Notes: generated by a model not told the origin, from the sequence alone. A stretch of DNA of 45,751 nucleotides from a virus (IMGVR_UViG_3300048852_000125:1-45751), one strand, 5' to 3'; positions 35,821-45,514 are shown, counted from the stretch's first letter. Translations and numbers: made by a program.

Positions 35821-36023
35821 CCGACGGCGATCTTGAGATGGTGCGCTACTGGCGCGCCTACCGCCCCCACCCAGGGCGCATCGGCGGCATGGCCGCCGGC
35901 ATCATCCCCGCCGCCGGCCACCTGCCGGAAGCCGGCGGCTACGGCGACCAGGCCGCCATCATGCTCGACGCCTTCGAGATCATGAGCGCGGCCGAGGCGG
36001 AACTCCTCCAACAGGAACGGTGA
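35688..36023 (+). CDS. gpT-like extension reached by -1 frameshift at A AAA AAC
   Basis: GAA AAA AAC at 35686-35694; -1 frame open to TGA 36023, with LPEAGG..DQAA.ML.AF motif. Confidence 0.7.
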   Translation, partial: KKLRIAVAVSLQPEAFPDGDEQAPDGSAWLLYGERFERTPRLGLTDGDLEMVRYWRAYRPHPGRIGGMAAGIIPAAGHLPEAGGYGDQAAIMLDAFEIMSAAEAELLQQER

Positions 36024-36027
36024 CAGC

Positions 36028-36705
36028 ATGGCCGGACGGAACGTGACCGCCCGCTTCAGCGTGGAGGCGGATGTTGCGCAGGCGAAGCGCGACCTGGAGG
36101 GCATCACCCAGCAGGTCGACCAGCTCGGCAAGACGAAGGTCGACAATGTCCGGCAGGAGTTGGAGCAGCTGACCGCAAGCACGGGCAAGCTGGCGGGCGG
36201 CTATACAGCGCTGACCCAGGAGCAGCGGCAGGCCTACCAGCAGCGGGAGCAGGATGCCCAATCTGTCGAGCGCCTGCGCCGTAGCTACAAGACGCTGGAA
36301 GGGGCTCTGGAGGCGGTCGACGTGCAGGTCCAGCACGGCCACCGGTCGGCCGAGGAGGCTGTCCGCATCCAGGGACTACTGACCCAGGCCTATGGCAGGA
36401 CCAACGCAGCCATCGCCCAGAACAGCCAAGCGTTCCAGGGCGGCGTCAACGCGACCCGTGCCGCCATCGTGGCGCAGGAGAGCGCCGCCCTCAGCACCCA
36501 GCGCCTGAACGGCGTCGTGCAGCAGGCGGGCTGGCAGGTCAGCGATTTCGCCAACCAGATGGCGAACGGAGGCAATGTCGCCACCGCGGCCGGCATGCAG
36601 CTCGGCCAACTGCTGGGTTCGCTTGGGCCGATGGGCGAACAACGTCACGCCCGCCTTCGTCATCCCGGCCGAGCTGCTGTTCATGGTCCACGGCGGCCGG
36701 ATTAG
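36028..36705 (+). pseudogene. Tape measure protein, truncated near 36635
   Basis: Helical Ala/Gln-rich N-term and QAGWQVSDFANQM..G.....A..MQLGQLLG..GP.G motif, then an abrupt out-of-frame tail. Confidence 0.75.
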
Positions 36706-37657
36706 CGACATCCCCGCCGTCTATGTGCGGGGGGCCGCCCTGACCAAGGGGCCGGACTATCCCACCGCTGCCGCCCTGCGCGCGGCGACCGTGCCGGCGA
36801 ACAGCTTCATCACCTGTGCCGCCGAAGGGTTGTTCCGGGTGGAGTACCTGAACGAAGCCGAAAAGGGCGCCGTCACCTGCGACGTGAAGGGCGCGGTGGT
36901 GGGTGGTGTCTTCCTTCAGACCACGGCGCAGATCATCGGGCATGTGCTGCTGGATCGGGCGGCGGTGCCGACGGAGCGCATCGCCGATCTGTCGACCGCC
37001 CCGTGGCAGTTCCATCGGCCGGTCGGCTTCTATGCCGGCCCGGATGATAGCTCGACCTGTGCCGATGTGGTGGCGCGGCTGCTGCGCGGCTGCGTCGGCT
37101 GGGGCGGCTTCAGCCGGCGCGGCGTGTTCGCACTCGGCTCCTTCCGCCTGCCCAGCGGGCCGGTGATGGCAGCCTACGAGGAGGCCGACATCGTCACCGC
37201 CACCGCGCTGGAGCTGCCCAGCGAGGTGACGCCGCCGCCCTGGCGCTGGAGGGTGGGCTATGACCGGAATTGGACGCCGCAGGCCTCCGACATCGCAGGT
37301 GTGGTGACGGAGGCGCGCAAGAAATGGCTGAAAGAAGAGCGGCGGCTCGCGGAATACACCAACGACACCACCAGGGCCTTCTATCAGAAGCCCAGCGACC
37401 CCGCGCCGATCGATGGCTATTTCCGCGACCGGGAAGACGCCCGGCAACTGGCGGAGGAGCTGGAGGCGATGTGGCAGACCCCGCGCGGCTTCTACCGCCT
37501 GACGCTCGGCACGCAGGCCTTTGCCCGCGACCTGGGGGAGGTGGTGAGCATCGACTACGCCCGCTGGCGCCTAAAGGGCGGGGCCTTGGCCGTCATCGCC
37601 GCCCTGTCCGAAGACGCCGAAGACGCCCGATCCGAAATCACCGTGCTGGTGGCCTGA
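36632..37657 (+). pseudogene. 5'-truncated tail tip/hub protein
   Basis: Long GC3-rich frame (NNVTP...VHGG...VYVRG..L) with no RBS/start; begins at the TMP break point. Confidence 0.65.
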
Positions 37658-37658
37658 C

Positions 37659-38426
37659 ATGAACACCGTCTTCAAGATCGGCTACATCAACCACGCCGAC
37701 ACCGCCGTGCTGTCCGCAAGCGCACAGGTCGGCACCAAGCCGGTGACCCTGTTGACCGATCCGCACCCGGCCCGCCGCTGGTCAGCCGGGCTGACGACGT
37801 CGGCCTGGATCAACATGGCCTGGACAGAGCCGCGGACCATCGACTGTATCGCCCTGATGGGCAGCAGCCATTCCGCTGCCGGCCTGTGCCGGGTGACCGC
37901 GTCGGATGCCTCCGGCGGCACCGACCTGTACGACAGCGGCGATGTGCCGGCGCAGGTGGACCCACGCTTCGGCTATCTGATCCATGTCCTGCCGGCGCCT
38001 GTCACCACCCGGTCCTTGCGCCTCTCCCTGTCGGACCCGACGGTGCCGGAGCTGCGGGGCGGCCGGTTGTTCGCTGGACCCCTATGGACGCCGGAGCGCT
38101 CGCCATCCTTCGGCTATGACTTCGGCCGGGCACCCCTCAGCACCCAGACCGTTGGCCGTGCCGGGCAGACCTTCATCGACCGGCGCGGCAACCCGCGGGC
38201 AACCTCCTTCACGCTGGGGCTGGTGACGCTGGAGGAGGAGCGCACGCATCTACGCGAGATACAGCGGCTGTGCGCCACCAGCGACGACATGCTGGTGATC
38301 TTCGACGCCAGCGATCCCAACCCTGGCGACGTGTCGATCTGGGGCATCGCCAAAGATCTTCAGCGTCCCCGCCGCGATCTGCCCCGCTATCACTCCAACG
38401 CCTTCGCCATCACGGAGAGACTGTAA
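37659..38426 (+). CDS. Minor tail protein
   Basis: 255 aa, tightly packed in the tail operon, ends F.ITERL. Confidence 0.65.
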   Translation: MNTVFKIGYINHADTAVLSASAQVGTKPVTLLTDPHPARRWSAGLTTSAWINMAWTEPRTIDCIALMGSSHSAAGLCRVTASDASGGTDLYDSGDVPAQVDPRFGYLIHVLPAPVTTRSLRLSLSDPTVPELRGGRLFAGPLWTPERSPSFGYDFGRAPLSTQTVGRAGQTFIDRRGNPRATSFTLGLVTLEEERTHLREIQRLCATSDDMLVIFDASDPNPGDVSIWGIAKDLQRPRRDLPRYHSNAFAITERL

Positions 38427-39589
38427 TGCCCCGCATCAAGGATCGGGTGAAGCAGACCACCACCAGCACCGGCACCGGTGCCGTCGCCCTGTCGGGCACG
38501 GTGTCGGGGTTCCAGACCTTCGCGCAAGCCTTCACCACCGGCACGCAGGTGTATTACTGCATCGCCGACGGCACCAACTGGGAGACGGGCATCGGCACCT
38601 ACACTGCCGGATCGCCTGGATCGCTGTCTCGCGACACCATTATGGACAGCTCCAGTGGCGGCGCTGCCGTGTCCTGGGGAGTTGGCACGAAGGATGTCTT
38701 CGTTACACTGCCGGCCACGGCGATTGGCGAGGATACCGCCACCTCCATTGCTGCCGCCTCTACCGTGGACATTGGCAGTGGCACCGCTAAAGCGATCAAG
38801 ATCACGGCTGGAACCGGGCCGATTACGGCCTGGGGCACTGCGCCCGCGGGCGCGCACCGCGACATCACCTTCGCCACCGCCGTGGTGCTGGCCTACAACG
38901 CCAGCACCGCCATCCTGACAGGCGGCGGCAGCATCACCACCATGGTTGGCGATACCTGCCGCATGGAAAGCTTGGGCGGCGGCGCCTGGAAAATGCTGTC
39001 ATATCAACGTGCCAACGGCATGCCATTGGGAGCAGTAACGTCACAATCTCTCAGTTCATCGGACAAATCGGCGAACGCGACGCTCGCTGACAACAACATG
39101 TCGGTCAGCAGCACCGGCGGCATTGCGTCTGGGCGAGCGGCAACCTCTATCACCACGCCAGCTTACTGGGAGGTTGTTGTAAATTCTATCGTTACAAACA
39201 GTATTCCTGGCATCGCGTCGGCTGCCGCTCCTGTCAGTGATTACCTGACGAATAGTGCCTATGGGTGGGGTTACCTGCCAAGCGGTTTAAAAGGCAATAG
39301 CGGGCAAGGTCAAAGCTTTGGCGCATCCTGGGCAAACGGCGACCGTCTTTGTTTCGCCTATCACCCGACTTCCCGCGGGTTCTGGATGGGAAAGGTGGTG
39401 GGCGGTGTCGCCGTTTGGGGAGGGGGCGGAGATCCCGTTGCCGGTACCAACCCGGCTTACACCATCCCGACCAGCACGGCCGTATTCCCATGTTACAGCG
39501 TTGTCGGTACCGGATCGTCGCTGACCTTTGCCTTTGGCTCCAGCCAGCAGGTTGCCACCCCGCCTTCCGGCTTCCTGGCATTCACCTGA
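38426..39589 (+). CDS. Tail fibre/receptor-binding protein with SPRY-like C-terminal domain
   Basis: DRVKQTTTSTGTG..L.G...GFQTF...WE.G.GT N-term; C-term YWEV...GI.....GD.L.FA...PSGF. Confidence 0.7.
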   Translation: MPRIKDRVKQTTTSTGTGAVALSGTVSGFQTFAQAFTTGTQVYYCIADGTNWETGIGTYTAGSPGSLSRDTIMDSSSGGAAVSWGVGTKDVFVTLPATAIGEDTATSIAAASTVDIGSGTAKAIKITAGTGPITAWGTAPAGAHRDITFATAVVLAYNASTAILTGGGSITTMVGDTCRMESLGGGAWKMLSYQRANGMPLGAVTSQSLSSSDKSANATLADNNMSVSSTGGIASGRAATSITTPAYWEVVVNSIVTNSIPGIASAAAPVSDYLTNSAYGWGYLPSGLKGNSGQGQSFGASWANGDRLCFAYHPTSRGFWMGKVVGGVAVWGGGGDPVAGTNPAYTIPTSTAVFPCYSVVGTGSSLTFAFGSSQQVATPPSGFLAFT

Positions 39590-39601
39590 CGAGGCGACAT
39601 C

Positions 39602-40093
39602 ATGGACACGCTGAACACAGTTCCGGCATTCGACGCTGCTACGCACCGCATGACGGATGCCTTCATTGACGCTCCCGACCCGGAGCGGAACCGAATCGTT
39701 CGAACCTGGACCATCGCGCCAATCCCACTCGCTGAGATCAAGGCCACCCGCAAGGCTGCCGCCACTGCCAAGCGGTATGAGGTGGAGACCGGCGGAATCA
39801 CGATGGCCGCCACGGTCATCCGCACGGACCGGGAAAGCCAAGGACTGATCAACGGCGCCTATGGCCTCGCTCGCGACATGCTGGCCGGCGGCGTTCCCGC
39901 AGCGCCCATCGACTTCAAGGGTGCCGATGGGTGGGCGGAAATCCCGCCGTCCGTCATGGTGGACATCGGCCGGGCGGTGGGCCTGCATGTGCAGGCTTGC
40001 TTCCGTGCCGAACGGCTGCTTCACGAGGCGATCGACGCGGCGAAGGATGCGGCGGCTGTGCTGGCCGTGGACATCCAGGCCGGCTGGCCCTGA
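39602..40093 (+). CDS. DUF4376-like tail fibre accessory protein
   Basis: RYEVETGGI......TDRESQ..I, FKGADGW, HVQACF..E, W-P C-terminus. Confidence 0.8.
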   Translation: MDTLNTVPAFDAATHRMTDAFIDAPDPERNRIVRTWTIAPIPLAEIKATRKAAATAKRYEVETGGITMAATVIRTDRESQGLINGAYGLARDMLAGGVPAAPIDFKGADGWAEIPPSVMVDIGRAVGLHVQACFRAERLLHEAIDAAKDAAAVLAVDIQAGWP

Positions 40094-40165
40094 CCGCCGC
40101 GACAACACTCCAATCTCTGACCGACCGGGCGCCCATGCGGCGCCTTTTCCATGTCTGGAGGTCCG

Positions 40166-40714
40166 ATGCTCTCCACCATTTTCTGGGTGGCGCTCGCCGC
40201 CCTGTTCCTGGCCTGCGCCTATCGCGAGCGAGGTCAGGGTCATTCCTGGCTTGGCACAATCGGGGCGCGGGTGCTCTTCTGGGCCGTGCCAGTCGGCGCC
40301 GCCGTCTACGCCATCCCCCCAAGCGCGCCGGAAGGGATCGGCATCTGGACGGCGGTGCTGGCAGGTGCCATGGCCTACCTCGGCCTGCTGCTCCCGCACG
40401 GCGCCGGCCAGAACCTCACCGAAACGCCTGCCGATTATCCGGCCAGCTGGACCGCTTGCCTTCCTCGGTCCGAGAAGCTGGGCTATCTGGCCGCCGTCGG
40501 CATCGCTCGCATGGTGTTGATCGCCTTGCCGCTGATCCCCAGCCACCCGTTTGCCCTGTGGCTGCCGCTGGCTGGCCTCGCCGTGCCGCTGGCGTACCTG
40601 ATCGGAGCCAAGCTCCCCGCGCTTCCCTGGCGCCTCACTCGGCCGACCGAATGGGGCGAGTTCCTGACCGGGACCAGTGCCGGCGCCGCGCTCGCCCTCG
40701 TCCTGCTGGCGTGA
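40166..40714 (+). CDS. Multi-TM membrane protein
   Basis: GGAGG RBS; several hydrophobic helices; EWGEFLTG near the C-terminus. Confidence 0.7.
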   Translation: MLSTIFWVALAALFLACAYRERGQGHSWLGTIGARVLFWAVPVGAAVYAIPPSAPEGIGIWTAVLAGAMAYLGLLLPHGAGQNLTETPADYPASWTACLPRSEKLGYLAAVGIARMVLIALPLIPSHPFALWLPLAGLAVPLAYLIGAKLPALPWRLTRPTEWGEFLTGTSAGAALALVLLA

Positions 40715-40721
40715 GGCGCCC

Positions 40722-40895
40722 ATGCCCGACGACTCCCCCGATCCGGCGCAGCAGCTCGCCGACGACCTGCTGACACGGCATAACGGCGACGCTCACGCCG
40801 CCCTCGCCGATCTGGCCCGCCTCTATCCCGTCGCCCGTCATGGCTGGTGCGCCGGCTTCGACCGCGCGCCGCCCTCGCAAGGATCCCGCTCATGA
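40722..40895 (+). CDS. Small hypothetical protein
   Basis: GAGG RBS; ATGA overlap with the lysozyme. Confidence 0.5.
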   Translation: MPDDSPDPAQQLADDLLTRHNGDAHAALADLARLYPVARHGWCAGFDRAPPSQGSRS

Positions 40896-41581
40896 TCACC
40901 AAGCCCGTGTGCCAAGCGGCCGTTGACCTCGTGAAGCACTTCGAGGGGCTGTATCGGACGGCCTACCTGTGCCCGGCCGGCTTGCCGACAATCGGGTATG
41001 GCCACACCGGTCCCGATGTGCGCCTCGGCATGAGGATCACCGAGGCGCAGGCCGAGCAGCTGCTGGCCGACGACCTGGCCGAGGCTGCTGCCATCGTCGA
41101 CAAGTATGTCCGCGTCCCGCTGCCGGAGAACCCGCGCGGGGCGCTGTCCTCCTTCGTCTTCAACCTGGGCGGCGGGGCGTTCGCCTCGTCCACCCTGCTG
41201 CGGCTCCTGAACCTTGGTGACACCGCCGGGGCAGGGGAGCAGTTCGGTCGCTGGGTCAACGCAACGGTGAACGGCAAGCCGACGAAGCTGCCTGGACTGG
41301 TAGCGCGTCGAGCGGCCGAGGCGGCGCTATTCACCTCCGGCGCCTGGCAGCCGGTAGCCAACCCGTCGCCGCAGCCGCATGCGGGACTCGTTGCTCCGCC
41401 GGGTGCTGATGCCGATCGCATCCGCCGCATCCAGACCATCGTGGGGGTGAAGGCCGATGGTCGCTATGGACCGATCACGAAGGCTGCCGTGGTGGTGTGG
41501 CAGGCGCGGCACTTCTTGAAGGCTGACGGCGTCGTTGGGCCGGTGACAGCCAAGGCGATGGGGTTTGAGCGCTGGGGGTAA
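40892..41581 (+). CDS. Endolysin: GH24 lysozyme + peptidoglycan-binding domain
   Basis: FEG....AYLCPAG.PTIGYGHT, ALSSFVFNLG, LPGLV.RR.AE; C-term DG.YGP.T..AV..WQ...L.ADG.VGP.T. Confidence 0.93.
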   Translation: MITKPVCQAAVDLVKHFEGLYRTAYLCPAGLPTIGYGHTGPDVRLGMRITEAQAEQLLADDLAEAAAIVDKYVRVPLPENPRGALSSFVFNLGGGAFASSTLLRLLNLGDTAGAGEQFGRWVNATVNGKPTKLPGLVARRAAEAALFTSGAWQPVANPSPQPHAGLVAPPGADADRIRRIQTIVGVKADGRYGPITKAAVVVWQARHFLKADGVVGPVTAKAMGFERWG

Positions 41582-41971
41582 CTCGCCCCGAGTCGCAGCC
41601 TGAAAAAGCTCGAAACGGGAGCCTCGACGCCAAAGTGTCCACAGAGAATGACGGTTATCCACATAACTCTTGTCGCGCTACAGCGTTTCACGGGCTAGGG
41701 GCCGTGAAACATCGGCGACGCTTTTGCGCGAGCGTCATCTGCGCTATAAGATGACCCATGACGAACCACGTAGGCGCGAAACCGCGCCCCTCGCTGCGCG
41801 CTGCACAGCGAACCGTCTTCTCCCACTTCGAATTTTGGCTGGCGATTCCGCTTGTCCAAAAAGCGCGGCGGCGGGGCTTCTGCCAGGATAGCCCCGCCGT
41901 CGTATCTCTGCTCGGCCTCTGCAAAAGGCCGGGCTTCCCATGATCATGCACTTGCAAGGAGCCCAACGATC

Positions 41972-42592
41972 ATGAATGGCTACGAACTTACCACGGTTGA
42001 CTTTCACGGCGCCACTCTGGTGGCGATCCGCGGCGAGACAGATGCGTCCACACTGGTGGCGATGAAGCCTGTTTCTGAGGGGATGTGTCTGGATTGGGCC
42101 TCCCAGTTCACCAAGATCAAGAACTACCCGGTGCTCGCCACCTGCGTTGTGCTTATCACAATGCAGATGCCTGGTGACGCCCAGGCGCGGGAATGGGTGT
42201 TCCTCCCGCTGAGCCGACTGAACTTCTGGCTGGCGACCGTCCATCCCAACCGCGTCACGGATCCCGACGTTCGCGCCAAGATCGTTGAATATCAGACGGA
42301 ATGCGCTGAAGCGCTATATCAGCACTTCTTCGCGAAGGCTGCGAAGATGGAGCGCAGCCGCAAACAGAATGAGGCTCGCCAGATGCTGGTGGCTCAGACG
42401 CGGGCACTGAATGCGGCCGCTGGGCTGATGGCTGAGGTTCGCCGCTCGATGGGAGCGCGAACTGCCGCTGAGGCTGCACCAAACATTCTGCGTCAGGCTG
42501 GCGTTGCTCTGTCTGGACGAATCACCCCTGACCCCTTCCTTCAAGGCGACATCTTCGACTCGACCGACGATCCGAACGGTCGTCCGAACTGA
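41972..42592 (+). CDS. Antirepressor, P22 Ant N-terminal domain
   Basis: V.FHG..L...VAMKP..EGM.LDW.SQF.KI...LPL..LNFWL...PNRV...VRAK...YQ.EC..AL..HF; AAGGAG RBS. Confidence 0.88.
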   Translation: MNGYELTTVDFHGATLVAIRGETDASTLVAMKPVSEGMCLDWASQFTKIKNYPVLATCVVLITMQMPGDAQAREWVFLPLSRLNFWLATVHPNRVTDPDVRAKIVEYQTECAEALYQHFFAKAAKMERSRKQNEARQMLVAQTRALNAAAGLMAEVRRSMGARTAAEAAPNILRQAGVALSGRITPDPFLQGDIFDSTDDPNGRPN

Positions 42593-42601
42593 CCCATCAA
42601 C

Positions 42602-42633
42602 GGCCGCCCTCCACCGGGCGGCCTTTCGTCTTT
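42602..42633 (+). terminator. Intrinsic terminator after the antirepressor
   Basis: GGCCGCCC-N6-GGGCGGCC followed by TTTCGTCTTT. Confidence 0.7.
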
Positions 42634-42697
42634 GACTTCAACCAGCCGCCCGGCTCCCCGCCGAGGCGGCTTTTCTCATGCCCGAAAGGAGGGCGCC

Positions 42698-43234
42698 ATG
42701 CTCGGACTGCTACCAATTCTCCTCCCGCTGCTGGGCGACGCAATCACCAGCCTATTCGGCGGCAGCGACAAGCCGGCCGGGCAGGTGGCCGCCACCGTTG
42801 CCAATGCCACTGTGTCGGTTGCCTCACAGGTCATCGGGATCCCGGTGACGGACGAAGCGTCCGCTCGTCAGGCCGCCGACGCGCTCCAGGCCGATCCGGA
42901 GAAGCTGGCCGCCTTCCGGCAGGCTGTCGGCGAGCAGGTCCTGCGCGCTCTGTCCCTGGACAACGACGACCGGGCTTCGGCACGGTCGCAAACGGTGGAA
43001 CTGGCGAAGACCGGCAGCAATATCGCCTGGGGAGCGCCGGCCGTGTCCCTGGTGGTGCTGGTCACCTTCGGAGTCGTGCTGTACCGCGTCCTGTCGGCGC
43101 CGGCGGGGCAGGCGGACCCGAACGCCTCGCTGATGCTGGGTGCGCTCACCACAATGGCGACGGCGGTGGTCAGCTACTGGGTCGGCAGCTCGGCCGGATC
43201 GGCGGTGAAGGACAAGCTGCTGCGGGGCAGGTAG
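42698..43234 (+). CDS. Holin-like membrane protein
   Basis: AAGGAGG RBS; DRASAR, two C-terminal TMs, VSYWVGSSAGS..KD motif. Confidence 0.7.
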   Translation: MLGLLPILLPLLGDAITSLFGGSDKPAGQVAATVANATVSVASQVIGIPVTDEASARQAADALQADPEKLAAFRQAVGEQVLRALSLDNDDRASARSQTVELAKTGSNIAWGAPAVSLVVLVTFGVVLYRVLSAPAGQADPNASLMLGALTTMATAVVSYWVGSSAGSAVKDKLLRGR

Positions 43235-43420
43235 GTATATAGAAAAAATCAGATGCGCAGCAGTCAGAGCCTGAGTAAAGCGCCGAAATTTAGTTAACCA
43301 AACACAAAAAATAGGGGCGCTGATAATGTCTTCCTCAGCGCCCAAAAACTTTTGCGATGATCTTACTTTGATGTAGGGGCTTTTCTATCCTCTACGTCAT
43401 CGTGATCGTAAATGCTCAAT

Positions 43421-45214
43421 TCAAGGTCTTCTTGGCACATCTTCTGCAGTTCCGCCGGCTGATGCTCTATTTGGCTCTGCGCGAGCCGGGCTTGGCTTGT
43501 CATCCATTCTGCGATTTGGGGCATCTGTAACATCCTCCAGCTTGTGGCCTGTTTCTGGCGCCGTCTCAGGCATTCTTCTCGACGAAATTTCGTCGAACTT
43601 TTTCTTATATGCGACAATGATATGGCTTTCGATTTCGATATGTACAGGAATATGGCGATCATTTCTCGGAAATGCCGCGCTCCTATCCCAATGGATTGCT
43701 CTACCAATGCTATCTTTTCTCTTCGACTTTTCGAAAAATTCAGGGAACCTTCGTGGGGCGGCGCCTGAATACGGCAAAAAGGCCACCTGATCAAGAGATT
43801 CAGATTCTGGGTCAACAGCCAGCGAGTCGGTGTACAGTTCACGGGCCAAGCTTTTTGGATATGGCTCAATATACATGACTTTTTTTATGCCAGACGCAAT
43901 GATATGTCTGGCACACATATGGCAGGGGAAGGTTGTGCAATAAAGACTTGTCCCTCTTACTGCCAGACCAAAGCGTGCCGCATGAGTGATTGCAGCCATC
44001 TCGGCATGTATCATCCTGCCGAATTCAATGACATTTGTCACGCGAGACCCTTCAAATATACCAGAAGAGCCATTGTGTCTTATCTCGTCTATAATATTCT
44101 GCAATACATCTTTTTCTCCATCTCCCTGCAATAGGTCGGATTGCTTGAGCCTTCCAAGTATTTCTGCTAGCGTGCTATCTTTATATTTGGCGTTCGAATC
44201 TCTACCTAGTTGAAAATCTCTGTAGTCGTTTTCATCGCCGCCCCAATATATACCCCCGTGAGCCTTGGGGACATCGTTACAACCAGTCGCAATAATTGAT
44301 CCATCTTCTCCTACAATCACCGCGCCAACCTGACGAGACAAATCGGCAGATCGCATCGACGCAGCTTTCGCATAGAACATCGAAAGCTCATCAACATTGG
44401 GTGATTCAAAAGGATCACGGAAAACAAGTCTAACAAAGCGTTCTATGCCATCCCGCAAGGTCTTGTTTGTTCTGGCGTTTACAAAGAAATCCGCGTCCGG
44501 AAATGTCCCTCTTACGTTCTGCCCCAATTTTGTACCATCTTCCAACTCATCAATGTTGATCAGGCGTTCGGCATCGCTTCTCTTCGCTTGGGGATCTGAT
44601 TCAAAGTAACTTTCTGATATTTTAGCAGATAGTGCAGATACACGGTGTTCACGGGGTGTATTAATCGCCAGCAGGTAAAAATTTGCCCCGTATGTTTCAC
44701 GAAAGAACCTTGCCTCTTCAGGGTTCTTCAGCGAATTGATAACATAGGCCTTCCGCCGAACTGGAATCGTACTGGAAAGTTCATCGCTGCTCCTATGTGC
44801 AAGCATTCTTTCATTACGGATCGCAAATATCGCTTGCTGAGCGAGCGCAGAACCAGTCTGAAATAGCTCTCTGATTTCAGTTCCAGCTTTTATGTATTCA
44901 GTGTAGCGAATATCTTCTTTGCGAATGTTCTTTAATTCTTCATATCCTGGGAAATCATGTATAAGTCTACTGACTTTGATCTGCGCAGCGTTGTAGTTCA
45001 CTGTTGAAAGTTCATAATGCAGAGTGCGGAACACCTCATCGTGATCGGTTCCGATGGGGCCTACGAGGCCAATAAATATCTCTGGACCGCTTTGGGAGGA
45101 CTTGTTTTCCGATTCGCCAGCGCTCGATGAACTAGTTTGATTACCTGATTTTACATTCTCATTTTTTGCCGAATGGGCTTGTGAAGAAGTTCTTTTGTCA
45201 TCTTTCGCAGTCAT
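43421..45214 (-). CDS. Anti-phage dCTP deaminase (P-loop kinase-like + Zn deaminase; AvcD-type)
   Basis: IFIGLVGPIGT, SLKNPEE, D..E....GQ.V..TFP.ADFF, RSADLSRQVGA, HAEM, TTFPCHMC, YIEPYPKS; AT-rich. Confidence 0.92.
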   Translation of the reverse strand: MTAKDDKRTSSQAHSAKNENVKSGNQTSSSSAGESENKSSQSGPEIFIGLVGPIGTDHDEVFRTLHYELSTVNYNAAQIKVSRLIHDFPGYEELKNIRKEDIRYTEYIKAGTEIRELFQTGSALAQQAIFAIRNERMLAHRSSDELSSTIPVRRKAYVINSLKNPEEARFFRETYGANFYLLAINTPREHRVSALSAKISESYFESDPQAKRSDAERLINIDELEDGTKLGQNVRGTFPDADFFVNARTNKTLRDGIERFVRLVFRDPFESPNVDELSMFYAKAASMRSADLSRQVGAVIVGEDGSIIATGCNDVPKAHGGIYWGGDENDYRDFQLGRDSNAKYKDSTLAEILGRLKQSDLLQGDGEKDVLQNIIDEIRHNGSSGIFEGSRVTNVIEFGRMIHAEMAAITHAARFGLAVRGTSLYCTTFPCHMCARHIIASGIKKVMYIEPYPKSLARELYTDSLAVDPESESLDQVAFLPYSGAAPRRFPEFFEKSKRKDSIGRAIHWDRSAAFPRNDRHIPVHIEIESHIIVAYKKKFDEISSRRMPETAPETGHKLEDVTDAPNRRMDDKPSPARAEPNRASAGGTAEDVPRRP

Positions 45215-45246
45215 TTCGTATGCCTCGGCCTGTTCAATTCATCACA

Positions 45247-45255
45247 ATTATACCA
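45247..45255 (-). promoter_or_regulatory. Extended -10 promoter for the deaminase
   Basis: Minus-strand TGGTATAAT ending 32 nt upstream of the ATG. Confidence 0.55.
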
Positions 45256-45290
45256 CCTCCGGAGGGTAGATCGTCGGTCAGGATGAGGGC

Positions 45291-45476
45291 TCAACCTTTA
45301 ATCCCATCTTCACCCCGCATGCCCGCCCACCACTGCTTGCCGCGATCACGATGCTGGCCGCACCACCAGCGGACCTCGGTGGTGGAGGAGCCGAATCCGA
45401 AGCTCCCGAACAGCCCACAGACCTGACAGAGGTGGAAGGTCAGGTCCGGGCCTGGGGCGTCGTTGTGGTCAGGCAT
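45291..45476 (-). CDS. Small Cys/His (zinc-binding-like) protein
   Basis: H.CQVCG.FGSFGFG......WWCGQH. Confidence 0.6.
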   Translation of the reverse strand: MPDHNDAPGPDLTFHLCQVCGLFGSFGFGSSTTEVRWWCGQHRDRGKQWWAGMRGEDGIKG

Positions 45477-45514
45477 GTCCGTCTCTCAGGCTGGCGCGGG
45501 GCGACTCGGCGGGG

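Noticed and set aside
43363-43869. 168-aa ORF overlapping the deaminase 3' end
   Set aside because: Alternative frame with no RBS or recognisable motif
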